DNA from: Candidatus Hydrogenedentota bacterium
GTDB taxonomy: Bacteria; Hydrogenedentota; Hydrogenedentia; Hydrogenedentales; SLHB01
Direction: 5' to 3'
Assembly (NCBI GenBank): GCA_036789645.1
Contig: DAIQLC010000005.1
Coordinates: forward strand, 38,549-102,548
DNA: 64,000 nt
The notes below the pieces were generated by a model. It was not told where the DNA came from. It worked only from the letters and a program-made list of their open reading frames with translations, and did not search any database. A program made the position numbers and the translations under genes. Positions 28,450-37,876 of the stretch are shown piece by piece. Numbering within the stretch: the first letter of the stretch is position 1; the number at the start of each line of letters is the position of its first letter.

Positions 28450-30984
28450 TCACCACGAGATAATCAGTGTGCCGGAAACATCATGGGCGACGCAATGGCG
28501 GCCCAGAGGCCCGTCCTCCCGGCTGAATTCGATGGCGTTCTTGACGTGCGGATACGGCGAATTCACCACCATGGTCACCCGGTCTTCGGTTCCGGTCTCG
28601 GGGAAGAAGCGCACGGTCGCATTCTGCAGGTTGCGGATTTGCGTGCGCCGCCGGACCCCGTAGTGCCCGGGGAGCATCTCAAGACACGACAGCTTGCTGC
28701 CGTCGGCCTGTTCCACAAACACCCGGCATTCGCGGTGCCACGCGCGCGGCATGGTGTAGGTGGCGCAGCCGCCGTCGAGAATCGTCTCGCATCCCACCAG
28801 CAGCGGCGCGCCGTGGGGAAAGCGCAGCCGCAGCGTCACCGTGGTGTCGGCATGATACCCCGAGAAAAAGAAACCGTTCCGGCAGCGCGCGACGCACACC
28901 ATCGGCGCCCGGTCGGCGGGCTCCCGGCGGTCCACCGCAAAGGTATAGCCAAACGCGGTCAGCATGTGGCGCATAAGCTGTTCGCACGCGAACCATTCGT
29001 TGGGCGGGTCGGTGGCCAGAAGCCGCCCTCCTGGCCGGTAATGGTTCGAGTTGGTTCCGCGGACCCACGCCAGCACACCGCCGTTCCATTCGGGCAGCTT
29101 CCGAGACAGGGCAATCACGCGGCGGCCGGCGTCGCCCTCGACCACGGCCCGCACCTCGGTGTGCGCATCGCCAGCATCGGCCAGGACGGATTCGACGCCC
29201 CCGGCGCACGTCAGCGCGCGGTGACGGGTTCGTGTGGGCACCGGGATGCGGTGCGTGATGTCGGGATCGCCGCGCAGCTCAAGCCGAAGCTCCCCGTCGA
29301 CGGGCTGGTCACGGCGCAGATTCAACGCGGCGAGCAGCACATCGCCCGCATGCGCCAGCGGGCCGTACAGAAGGACGTTTCCGCCGCCCTCGACCACGCG
29401 GAGGAGGGCGCTCTCAAGCCCTGAGGCGGCGTCCGGCACGATCGACACCAGCACCGACTCGCGAAACACGTCCGGCCGCGCGGCCAGGGCGCCGGAAAGG
29501 TTCGCGGTGGTGATGACGGTGTTGACCGGGAACCCCGTATTGACCGCCTGGCGCATGAACCAGTCGCCGAACAACACCTCGTCCACGCGGGGCGCATCCC
29601 CGAAGGTCATGTCGTGGTACTCGTCGAAGGGATACACCCACACGACGGGGCCCGGCTGGTCGGGCGAATCGGCGCGCCCCCGCAGAATGTGCGGAATGAC
29701 CTCGTTAGGCACCTCGACCGGCATCTCGCCGTAGGAGTTGTCGATGGTAAGAAACAGGATGTCCGTCGGGGGCGCGGTTTCCCCGGTGCCCGTCACGCGC
29801 GCCACGGACATCGGAAGGTAGATGTCGTGAGGTTCGCGGCCGTAACGGTCCAGCCAGGGACTGTTCAGCCACCAGGGATCGTGGGTATAGTAGCGGAACG
29901 GGTACCGGTCCCCCGGGATCTCGGCGATCTTGGACATATAACCGACCAGTTCGAGGCCGAAATCGCCGTCGAGGGCCGCCCAGGGCGAGTTCGGCGGCGG
30001 CGCCATGCCGAATCTCCCCCGGTAGATGCTCCGCAATGGCACGCCGTCCGAGGCAAGGTCCATGCCGGTGGACAGGTTGGTGCCGCGGGTTTCGATGGGA
30101 AACGCGCTGCATTCCCGGCGAAACAGGGTCCAGAAATCGAGTATCTTGTCGCGAACGGCGGCGATTTCGCCCGTGTGGAAGGCCTCGCCGTCGAACACCG
30201 CGCCGGTGGCGCCCCAGGCCTCGAGCCCGAACCCGAACCCGTTCGAGAACCAGATGTAGTCAAAGCCGAGATCCGCAAGAAAATGCTGGCACTGGCGGCC
30301 AAAGAACGTGCCGAACGGCGTGCCCTCGGGGATGCCTTCCGGAAAGCCCGCGTAGGCCACCGTATCGCCGTGCAAAACCGAATAGCAGCACACGAACGAG
30401 CCTTTCCCGATGGTGTTGCCCAGGCAGACCTCGGGATGGCGCTCGAATTTGAAACTCGATTTCGCGAACTCGGGGCCGGGATCGAACGTCGCGCCCACCC
30501 GCACCGGCCTGCCGGTCTGTTCGGCGCCCACCTTCTTGATGATGGCCGTGATGCGTTTCAGCCAGCCGTAGGTGATGACCGGCGGGTCCTCGGTGTAGAG
30601 ATACGGCCGCTCATGCAGCGACAGTTCGGGAGGGCCGCTTCCCGGCGCGACCGTCCAGTTGCCGATGCCGATGTAGCGTCCCCATTCGAGGGGCGTGTCG
30701 AGGTCGCCGCGGTAATCGAGGATCTCCGACCCGTCGGCGGTCCACAGGAGCACGGAGACCTGTTCCGCGTGACGCGTCAACGGCCACCACTGACGGAACA
30801 TCTCGTCGCAGACCGCCGCAATGGCGTTCTCGTCCATGACTCTGAACGGCTTCAGGCTCATCTCCAGAGTGACGTTGCGGACAGGCGGGTACGGCACAAT
30901 CGTCAGCGGTCCGCCGGCGGCTTGTGCGTTCGAGACCGGCGTCGCCGATATCACACACAGGGCAAGCGGGATGATGAAGCTCAT
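28450..30984 (-). CDS. Large secreted protein of unknown function (844 aa)
   Basis: Long clean ORF; start moved to MSFIIPLAL, which gives a signal peptide. Aromatic/acidic-rich motifs (FDPGPEF, DYIWFSNGFGFG, RYYTHDPWW). Confidence 0.8.
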   Translation of the reverse strand: MSFIIPLALCVISATPVSNAQAAGGPLTIVPYPPVRNVTLEMSLKPFRVMDENAIAAVCDEMFRQWWPLTRHAEQVSVLLWTADGSEILDYRGDLDTPLEWGRYIGIGNWTVAPGSGPPELSLHERPYLYTEDPPVITYGWLKRITAIIKKVGAEQTGRPVRVGATFDPGPEFAKSSFKFERHPEVCLGNTIGKGSFVCCYSVLHGDTVAYAGFPEGIPEGTPFGTFFGRQCQHFLADLGFDYIWFSNGFGFGLEAWGATGAVFDGEAFHTGEIAAVRDKILDFWTLFRRECSAFPIETRGTNLSTGMDLASDGVPLRSIYRGRFGMAPPPNSPWAALDGDFGLELVGYMSKIAEIPGDRYPFRYYTHDPWWLNSPWLDRYGREPHDIYLPMSVARVTGTGETAPPTDILFLTIDNSYGEMPVEVPNEVIPHILRGRADSPDQPGPVVWVYPFDEYHDMTFGDAPRVDEVLFGDWFMRQAVNTGFPVNTVITTANLSGALAARPDVFRESVLVSIVPDAASGLESALLRVVEGGGNVLLYGPLAHAGDVLLAALNLRRDQPVDGELRLELRGDPDITHRIPVPTRTRHRALTCAGGVESVLADAGDAHTEVRAVVEGDAGRRVIALSRKLPEWNGGVLAWVRGTNSNHYRPGGRLLATDPPNEWFACEQLMRHMLTAFGYTFAVDRREPADRAPMVCVARCRNGFFFSGYHADTTVTLRLRFPHGAPLLVGCETILDGGCATYTMPRAWHRECRVFVEQADGSKLSCLEMLPGHYGVRRRTQIRNLQNATVRFFPETGTEDRVTMVVNSPYPHVKNAIEFSREDGPLGRHCVAHDVSGTLIISW

Positions 30985-31074
30985 GAAACGGTCTCCCCGG
31001 AGAATTCCACTTGTCGGGACGCATGGGCGCCCACTCGCGACAGCGCCCGCGCTCTTGCATCGCAAAACACGGGG

Positions 31075-31707
31075 TCAGCCCGCGCCGCTGGGATCTCCAC
31101 GTTCCTCAATGGGCCGTAGCCTATAATAGTAAAAAGCGGGGAACTCGCGCACCACCGAATATACCGCGCGCCACTCCCTCGTCAGCGGAGCGTGGGCCGA
31201 CGACACCTCCTCGAACCCGAAACGGGCAAACACCATGCGTGTCCGCAAGATATGATAGAACGAGGAAATGACGATCACCGATTCGAGACCCTGTGCTTTC
31301 ATGATGCGCTTCGTGTTCCGCGCCGTGGAAAACGTATCCGTTCCGTCATTGTCAACGAGGATCGCGCTTGCCGGTATCCCGGCCTCGACCAGCGTCTCGC
31401 GCATGACCTCGGCTTCGGGATGCCCTTCCCTGCCCAGCCCGCCGCTCACGATGACGACCGGCGCCAGCCCCTCCCGGTACAGCCGCACCGCGCAGTCCAG
31501 CCGCCGCTGGAGTCTTGGCGAAGGGGCGCCGTCCCGCTCGACCTTGTTGCCCAGCACGACCATCGCGTCCGCGTTCCGGGCGTCATCGGCGAATCCTCGC
31601 CAGAGGAGCACCGCCGTATGGACGGCAAACCAGACGCATCCAGCCGAGAGCAACACCACACCACATCCGAGCAGGCGCCGCTTTGGGGATTTCCGGTCAG
31701 ACAGCAT
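31075..31707 (-). CDS. YdcF/DUF218 (SanA/ElyC-like) protein
   Basis: N-terminal TM, DAMVVLG, RLQRRLD, VSGG, EAEVM, DTFSTARN, ISSFYHILR. Confidence 0.9.
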   Translation of the reverse strand: MLSDRKSPKRRLLGCGVVLLSAGCVWFAVHTAVLLWRGFADDARNADAMVVLGNKVERDGAPSPRLQRRLDCAVRLYREGLAPVVIVSGGLGREGHPEAEVMRETLVEAGIPASAILVDNDGTDTFSTARNTKRIMKAQGLESVIVISSFYHILRTRMVFARFGFEEVSSAHAPLTREWRAVYSVVREFPAFYYYRLRPIEERGDPSGAG

Positions 31708-31904
31708 GACTCCTCCGTATTCCGCACCATTGCACTAAACAGTGATTCTATCCCCACGTGCCGGAACCCGTTCCCTCCGGGTTCGCCATTTTCACTGTGG
31801 ACAGACGGCGCAATTTTCATGTTCCCGCCCGGAATAGCAGGCGCCGGGAACGTGTTTACCTTGCCAAATGGGGCGCAGGCTGCGTTTAAGGGAAGGTAGA
31901 GGCA

Positions 31905-32681
31905 ATGTCAAAGAATCTCATGAAGACTGTGTTCGCAAGTGTGCTGATGGTCGCAGCAGCGGCTTCGGCCGACACGATAGACCTGACCACGGCAGGGGCC
32001 CAGGGCACCCTCAATGGCGCTGTTTTCCAGCAGATCGACCCCCTGGCAACGGGCACGGGAAACGTGGACTCGTTCGTTCAGGTCTTCGGGGTCAATGCGG
32101 TCATCCAGGCGTACAACACCACGGCCAACAATGTACTGGACAACGGCGCGGCCGACCCGTTCAACCGCGCGATCCTGCTGCCGGACGTGCCGCTGGTCGA
32201 CCTGAATGGCGAACTGTTCCGGCGATTCCAACTCGACGTCAACGGAAACGTCAATACGCCATTTCTGTCCCTCGACGAGATTCAGATCTTTCTGTCGGCC
32301 GTACCCAACCAGAGCGTGACCTCCTTCACGAATGGGATCCTCGACCTGGCTGTGGCAAACCTGGTGTACCGGCTCGACACACCGGGCCTGGACAACCGGA
32401 TCCTGCTGGATGTCAGTCTGAACTCCGGCCACGGCAGCGGCGACATGTTCGCGCACATCCCCGACAGCCTGTTTCTGGGCGGCGCCGGGAGCTATGTGTA
32501 CCTCTATTCCCGCTTCGGTGAGACCCTCCCGAACAGCGGAGGCTTCCAGGAATGGTCGCTGCCCGCCGCCGATGAACCGGGCGGGGATGACCAGTCCGGT
32601 GTCGTTCCCGAACCCGCCACCGCGGTCCTCCTGGCCGGAGGGCTCGCCGCCATGGCCTTCCGGCGCTTCAGAACGCGTTGA
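31905..32681 (+). CDS. PEP-CTERM sorting-domain surface protein
   Basis: 258 aa. Signal peptide; C-terminal VPEPATAVLLAGGLAAMAFRRFRTR (PEP, TM helix, basic tail). Confidence 0.93.
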   Translation: MSKNLMKTVFASVLMVAAAASADTIDLTTAGAQGTLNGAVFQQIDPLATGTGNVDSFVQVFGVNAVIQAYNTTANNVLDNGAADPFNRAILLPDVPLVDLNGELFRRFQLDVNGNVNTPFLSLDEIQIFLSAVPNQSVTSFTNGILDLAVANLVYRLDTPGLDNRILLDVSLNSGHGSGDMFAHIPDSLFLGGAGSYVYLYSRFGETLPNSGGFQEWSLPAADEPGGDDQSGVVPEPATAVLLAGGLAAMAFRRFRTR

Positions 32682-32703
32682 TACCGGGAGGGGCCCGATT
32701 CGC

Positions 32704-32755
32704 GTGGTGTAGGTTTCCAGCCTGCCGATGAGGGGCGGCGGGATGCCTGCACCAC
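32704..32755. repeat. REP-doublet-like imperfect inverted repeat
   Basis: GTGGTGTAGGTTTCCAGCCTGCC ... GGCGGCGGGATGCCTGCACCAC: about 22-bp arms with a few mismatches, just downstream of the PEP-CTERM gene. Confidence 0.65.
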
Positions 32756-32825
32756 TCCTTTCTCCTCGCGCACCGAGCCACATGATGTGTGACGCGGAAT
32801 GTCCCGCCCGGTGAGACAGGGTCCT

Positions 32826-32867
32826 GATTCCGACCCCGGCCCCGATCCCGATTTCGATCCCGAGACC
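32826..32867. repeat. Degenerate hexamer array (consensus GATCCC x7)
   Basis: GATTCC GACCCC GGCCCC GATCCC GATTTC GATCCC GAGACC. Confidence 0.7.
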
Positions 32868-32960
32868 GAGGCCAATGGGATCTCCTCCGAAGCGCCGAAG
32901 GCGCCGCGAGGATGTGCGCCCGATCCAGATACGCCGCCGGCGCTCGTCCTCAAATGGTTC

Positions 32961-32987
32961 ATCCTGTCCATCCCGTTAATGCTGTCT
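32961..32987. repeat. Degenerate nonamer array (ATCCTGTCA-like x3)
   Basis: ATCCTGTCC ATCCCGTTA ATGCTGTCT; same motif as at 62583-62615. Confidence 0.55.
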
Positions 32988-33108
32988 GAGACTCTTTCGC
33001 GCTGGCGTTGGGCGCGATGCACATGGGGCACGCGCACCCAGCCCGCAATGCCCGGCAATGCACAGTCGTTCATTCCCGTTCTCCGGCGACCGGGGAGGAT
33101 TGCAGGAA

Positions 33109-33137
33109 TTGACGAAAGTCGCCGCGTGCCCTAGAAT
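33109..33137 (+). promoter_or_regulatory. Sigma70-type promoter of the Tat oxidoreductase
   Basis: TTGACG, 17 bp, TAGAAT (near consensus). Confidence 0.75.
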
Positions 33138-33268
33138 GCGAATTACCCCCGCGCCGTGGAGGTATGGACCGGGCGCGGAGGCCGTCGAGACCGCACCAGA
33201 GGACGTTTCAACTGTGGCTGCCCGATCGCGCAGGTCCTCAGGCACAACCCGGAGGGGGAGCATCACCC

Positions 33269-34627
33269 ATGAAGAACCGCACTGCAACCGCCCGTTCAAC
33301 CTCGAGACGCGCATTTATGAAAACCGCCGCGGCCGCCGGTGCAGGACTCCTCATCCTGCCCACCGGGGCGCGTGTGGGGGCCGCCGCGCCGAGCAATAAG
33401 CTCAACGTTGCCCTGATCGGGGCGTACGGCCGCGCGCTGGCACATTACGACCCGATTGCGAGCGAGAACGTCGTCGCCCTGTGCGACGTCAACGAAGACC
33501 ATATCGCCATTGCGGCCGAGCGATTCCCCAACGCCAAACACTACGTCGACTGGCGCCAATGCCTCGAACAGAAAGACCTCGACGCGATCATCTGCTGCAC
33601 CACGGACCATACCCACGCGTTCGTTGCGACGTGGGCCATGAACCGCGGACTGCACGTCTACTGCGAAAAGCCGCTGGCCAACAGCGTCGCGGAAGCCCGG
33701 CTGGTGCGCGAAACCTATCTCAAGAACAAGGACAAAATTGCCACGCAGTGCGGCATGCAGCGCCACGCCCACGAGAACTTCAACCGGGTGAGCGAACTGA
33801 TCCGCGACGGAGCCATCGGCGAGCTCGAAGAAGTACACGCCTGGGGCAACCGGCAGATCCCCAAGCCGGGCTACCTGCCCGCCCAGGGCGAGCCGCCCAG
33901 GAACCTCCACTACGACCTCTGGATCGGCCCGTCGCCGTTCCATCCCTACAACCCCGGCTACTTCGAAGGCGGCCCGGGCGCCAACTGCCTCTCCTGGAAC
34001 ATGTATTGGGATTTCGGCAGCGGACAGGTCGGCGATATGGGCAGCCACACCATGGACATCGTCTGGTGCGCGATTGACGCGGGTTTGCCCACCTCGGCCG
34101 AGGCCACCGGCGAGCCGTTCAATCCCGAAGTGACGCCGGTACGGCTCGCCGCCACGTTCGAACATCCCGCCAACGCCTGGCGGCCTCCCATCCGCGTCAC
34201 CTGGCATCAGGGCGGCGCCATGCCCGACGCGCCCGGCGACTACATCGATCTGAACAAGGTCGACCATGGCGCGATGTTCAAGGGCAGCAAGGGCGTGCTG
34301 GTCTCCAGTTTCACCAACCGCATCATCATCCCGGGCGTCGACGAAGCCGACATGACCTACTACAAGCCGCGCACCAGAGAGACGCTCATCCCGCCGCTCG
34401 GCCATTTCCAGAACGAGTGGACCAACGCCTGCAAAGGCAATCTCAAGACCACCTGCAACTTCGATTACGCCGGCACCATGATCGAGCAGCTTCTGCTGGG
34501 GCACGTGGCCTACCGCGCCGGCGCGAAGCTCGAGTACGACGGCGCCAACGGACGCGTCACCAACAATGCCGAAGCCGACGCCCTTCTCAGCCGCACCTAC
34601 CGCGAGGGCTGGGTGCTCAACGGCTGA
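33269..34627 (+). CDS. Tat-exported Gfo/Idh/MocA-family oxidoreductase
   Basis: Start moved to MKNRT. SRRAFMK Tat signal, KLNVALIG, HVYCEKPLA, GDMGSH. Confidence 0.92.
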   Translation: MKNRTATARSTSRRAFMKTAAAAGAGLLILPTGARVGAAAPSNKLNVALIGAYGRALAHYDPIASENVVALCDVNEDHIAIAAERFPNAKHYVDWRQCLEQKDLDAIICCTTDHTHAFVATWAMNRGLHVYCEKPLANSVAEARLVRETYLKNKDKIATQCGMQRHAHENFNRVSELIRDGAIGELEEVHAWGNRQIPKPGYLPAQGEPPRNLHYDLWIGPSPFHPYNPGYFEGGPGANCLSWNMYWDFGSGQVGDMGSHTMDIVWCAIDAGLPTSAEATGEPFNPEVTPVRLAATFEHPANAWRPPIRVTWHQGGAMPDAPGDYIDLNKVDHGAMFKGSKGVLVSSFTNRIIIPGVDEADMTYYKPRTRETLIPPLGHFQNEWTNACKGNLKTTCNFDYAGTMIEQLLLGHVAYRAGAKLEYDGANGRVTNNAEADALLSRTYREGWVLNG

Positions 34628-34661
34628 CGGCGGCGCCGCCGCAAGCGTAACGACCCGTTCC

Positions 34662-34688
34662 CGGGGCCCGGCACGCCGCCGGGCCCCG
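34662..34688 (+). terminator. 11-bp hairpin after the oxidoreductase
   Basis: CGGGGCCCGGC-ACGCC-GCCGGGCCCCG perfect stem. No U-tract. Confidence 0.45.
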
Positions 34689-34829
34689 CGTGTGATCGCC
34701 GGACGCGTTCGGCATGGCCGCCGCGAGATCGAAGAGGTACGACCCCGCGCTGGCCTCCATTGCGGCCGCCGTGCTACACTGACGCCCGTGCAGGGATGAT
34801 GCACTACGCTCCGGGGGAGGGGGAAATCC

Positions 34830-35639
34830 GTGGCAACGCGAATCAATACCAGCGAGGCGGCCCTGAATGCCCGGCGCCCCCTCGAGGGCGCCTCGCGCGG
34901 CCAGTCACACGGTCTCGCTCGCCCCGCCGCCGGAGAACGCCTCCTGCACGCCGCGGACGGCGCTGCCCGGCTGGCCATCGCCGAACGCCGCCGCACGGAG
35001 GTGCTTCAGGCCGGCCGCGAAGCCGCCGGTCTCCAGTTCGGCATCAACGCCGCCCGAGCCGCCGCCGCCGGTCTTCAGATGCAGCAGGAGAGCATCGCCC
35101 GCATTCGCGATCTGGCCGGGCAGGCTGCAGACGAAGTTCCGACTGAAGACCAGCGCTACGCGCTTCACGAAACCGCCCGGCAGTTCGTCGAACACATCGA
35201 CGAGACGGCGCGCCAGACCGTCTTCAACGGGCGGAAGCTGCTCAACGGCGGGGCGCAAGACATCCCCTTGGGCAACGCGGCCGGCGAACGGCTGAACATC
35301 CCCGAGTCCACTGCGGAAATGCTCGGCATCAATGATTTGAACCTTTCCACTCCCGAACGCGCGGCGCTGGCCGTCCGGGCGCTCGACACGGCCTCGGCGC
35401 GGCTCACCGAAACCCGGACCGCCCTGCGCGCCCAGGAACAGCAGTTCGAAACCGCCATCGAGCGCCGTCAGACTCACGACCAGAATGCCGCCCGGGCCGA
35501 GTCGCGCCTCCGCGACCCCGACAGGGCACGCCAGGCCATCGGCCAGACGCGCCACCACCTCCTCCAGCGGAGCGGCATCGCGGCCCTGTTGCAGTTCAAC
35601 CTCCGCGGAGAAACCGCCGCACGATTGCTCGCCTCCTGA
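34830..35639 (+). CDS. Divergent minimal flagellin-like protein (N- and C-terminal conserved regions only)
   Basis: 269 aa from GTG. MATRINT, AADGAARLAIAE (cf. AADDAAGLAIS), RIRDLAGQAA, IDETARQTVFNGRKLLNG, AESRLRDPD, LLQRSGIAALLQFN. Almost no variable region. Confidence 0.8.
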   Translation: MATRINTSEAALNARRPLEGASRGQSHGLARPAAGERLLHAADGAARLAIAERRRTEVLQAGREAAGLQFGINAARAAAAGLQMQQESIARIRDLAGQAADEVPTEDQRYALHETARQFVEHIDETARQTVFNGRKLLNGGAQDIPLGNAAGERLNIPESTAEMLGINDLNLSTPERAALAVRALDTASARLTETRTALRAQEQQFETAIERRQTHDQNAARAESRLRDPDRARQAIGQTRHHLLQRSGIAALLQFNLRGETAARLLAS

Positions 35640-35720
35640 ACACAAGGCCTGCCTCGAGAGTCTCCGTGTTCGAACCGAAATACGTTGTCGCGCCTGCGCA
35701 AGCGCCCATGCGATCCCCCC

Positions 35721-35746
35721 GTAGGGGCAGCCCCCCGTGGCTGCCC
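35721..35746 (+). repeat. GTAG-family REP-like palindrome
   Basis: GTAG followed by perfect stem GGGCAGCC-CCCCGT-GGCTGCCC, between convergent genes. Flanked by 13-bp direct repeats at 35682-35694 and 35766-35778. Confidence 0.7.
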
Positions 35747-35787
35747 TTCTGGTCCGATCGGGGACACGTTGTCGCGCCGCGGCCGGC

Positions 35788-36516
35788 CTATGCCTCTTCC
35801 GGATAGGCGCTCAGGATGTCGAGGATTTCGTGGACAGCGTCTTCGAGCCCGATAAACACGGCCCGCGCGACGATGGAATGGCCGATGTTGACTTCGCTGA
35901 TGCCCGGGATTGCGGCAACGGCAGGGAGGTTCCGGATGGTGAGGCCGTGGCCCGCGTGAACGACAAGCCCGGCGTTGAGCGCGCGCTCGGTTCCCTCCGC
36001 GATGCGGTCTAGTTCCGCGAAGACTTCCTCCCCCCGCGCGTTGGCATACGCGCCGGTATGCAGCTCGACATAATCGGCGCCGGCTTCCGCGCTGGCGTCG
36101 ATCTGTTCGGGGTCGGGGTCGATAAACATGCTGACCCGGATGCCGGCATCCTGGAACCCGGCCGTCACCTCGGTGAGGCGGCGCACCTGCCCGGCCACGT
36201 CGAGTCCACCTTCGGTGGTGATCTCCTGGCGGTTTTCGGGCACGAGGCAGACGGTCTCCGGGCGGATACGGTGGGCAATGCCGATGATCTCGTCGACGGC
36301 GGCCATCTCCAGATTGAGGCGCGCCTGCAACACCTGTTTCAGCAGGTCCACGTCGCGGTCCTGAATGTGGCGTCGGTCCTGCCGGAGGTGCACGGTGATC
36401 TGATGGGCGCCTGCCAGTTCGCACAATTTGGCGGCGGTAATCAGGTCGGGCTCCACGCCTTTCCGTGCTTCCCGCAACGTAGCCACGTGGTCGATGTTGA
36501 CTCCCAGCTCGATCAT
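35788..36516 (-). CDS. pdxJ: Pyridoxine 5'-phosphate synthase
   Basis: [61 protein letters not shown]. Confidence 0.97.
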   Translation of the reverse strand: MIELGVNIDHVATLREARKGVEPDLITAAKLCELAGAHQITVHLRQDRRHIQDRDVDLLKQVLQARLNLEMAAVDEIIGIAHRIRPETVCLVPENRQEITTEGGLDVAGQVRRLTEVTAGFQDAGIRVSMFIDPDPEQIDASAEAGADYVELHTGAYANARGEEVFAELDRIAEGTERALNAGLVVHAGHGLTIRNLPAVAAIPGISEVNIGHSIVARAVFIGLEDAVHEILDILSAYPEEA

Positions 36517-36532
36517 GGCGACTCCCTCTGCC

Positions 36533-37876
36533 CTACAGCGCGGCAACCTGTTTCGCCAGCTCCTGGGCCAGCGATTCGGCTTCCCGCCGGACCTCGTGCT
36601 GTACCATCACCCGGATAATGGGCTCGGTGCCCGACGGCCGGATCACGACCCGGCCCCGCCCCTGCAGCTTTTCTTCCGCCTCGCGCACGAGCTCGGCCAG
36701 TTTTTCTTCGGAGGGTTCCGCACCATTGTCGTGCGGCACGTGAGCATGCACCTCGGGCATCTGCTGGTACGCGCTCGCCAGCACGGACAGGGGCGCCTCG
36801 CGCCGGACCATCGTGGCAAGGACCTGGAGCGCGGCGATCAGGGCATCGCCGGTCGTATTGTATTCGAGCATGACGACGTGGCCCGACGACTCGCCGCCCA
36901 GGGCCAGTTCGTGTTCCCGCATGGCCTCGACCACATAGCGGTCCCCCACTTTCGTCCACACCACCTTGCCTCCGAGCGGTTCGATGGCCTTCAGCAGCCC
37001 GCCGTTGGCCATGATGGTCGTGGCGAGACAGTTTTTCGGGAGACGCCTGGTTTCGAGCATATCGCGGGCGAGAATGGCCAGAAGACCGTTGCCGTCGACG
37101 AGGCGGCCCTCTTCATCGGCCATGACGATGCGGTCCGCATCTCCGTCGAACGCGATCCCGACGTCGGCGCGTTCCCGGATCACCGTGGCGCGCATGTCCT
37201 CGGGGTGGGTCGACCCGCAGCCGTCGTTGATGTTGGTGCCGTTCGGGCGGTCGCCCAGCGCGATGACCTCCGCGCCCAGTTCGGAAAAGGTGGACGGCCC
37301 GACCTTGTACGACGCGCCCTGGGCGCAATCGCACACGATTTTGAGGCCGTCCAGGCGCATGCCTTTCGGGAAACACGACTTGGCAAACTCGATGTACCGG
37401 CCGACGGCGTCGTCGATCCGGCGCGCCGTACCGATCCGTTCGGCGACGGGGCGAATGTCCTCCACCTCGCCGTTCTGGATCAGCCGGGTAATGTCGTCTT
37501 CCATGGAATCGGGGACTTTGTATCCGTCGGGCCCGAACAGCTTGATGCCGTTGTATTGGAACGCGTTGTGGGACGCGGAAATCATGATGCCGGCGTCGCA
37601 GCGCAGGCTCCGCATGATATACGATACCCCGGGCGTGGGAAGGGGGCCGACCAGCAGAACGTGGACGCCCATCGAACACAGGCCCGCGGTCAGGGCGTTT
37701 TCGAGCATGTACCCTGACCGGCGCGTATCCTTGCCGATCAGGATCGTGTGCTGCCGATCCTCCTGCTGGAAGAGGTGGCCCACCGCCCGGCCGACTTTGA
37801 GCGCCAGCTCGGCGGACATGGGGTAGCGGTTTGCGATGCCGCGGATGCCATCGGTTCCGAACAATCGTTCGCTCAT
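36533..37876 (-). CDS. glmM: Phosphoglucosamine mutase
   Basis: [25 protein letters not shown] (phosphoserine), [22 protein letters not shown]. Confidence 0.97.
   Translation of the reverse strand: MSERLFGTDGIRGIANRYPMSAELALKVGRAVGHLFQQEDRQHTILIGKDTRRSGYMLENALTAGLCSMGVHVLLVGPLPTPGVSYIMRSLRCDAGIMISASHNAFQYNGIKLFGPDGYKVPDSMEDDITRLIQNGEVEDIRPVAERIGTARRIDDAVGRYIEFAKSCFPKGMRLDGLKIVCDCAQGASYKVGPSTFSELGAEVIALGDRPNGTNINDGCGSTHPEDMRATVIRERADVGIAFDGDADRIVMADEEGRLVDGNGLLAILARDMLETRRLPKNCLATTIMANGGLLKAIEPLGGKVVWTKVGDRYVVEAMREHELALGGESSGHVVMLEYNTTGDALIAALQVLATMVRREAPLSVLASAYQQMPEVHAHVPHDNGAEPSEEKLAELVREAEEKLQGRGRVVIRPSGTEPIIRVMVQHEVRREAESLAQELAKQVAAL

Noticed and set aside
31869-31883. Sigma54 promoter before the PEP-CTERM gene (GG-N10-GC)
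   Set aside because: Only the dinucleotides match; TGGCAC and TTGC are poor and no clear enhancer dyad was seen.
32799-33134. 111-aa ORF with PDSDPGPDPDFDP low complexity
   Set aside because: It is the translation of the intergenic hexamer and nonamer repeats and overlaps a strong promoter.
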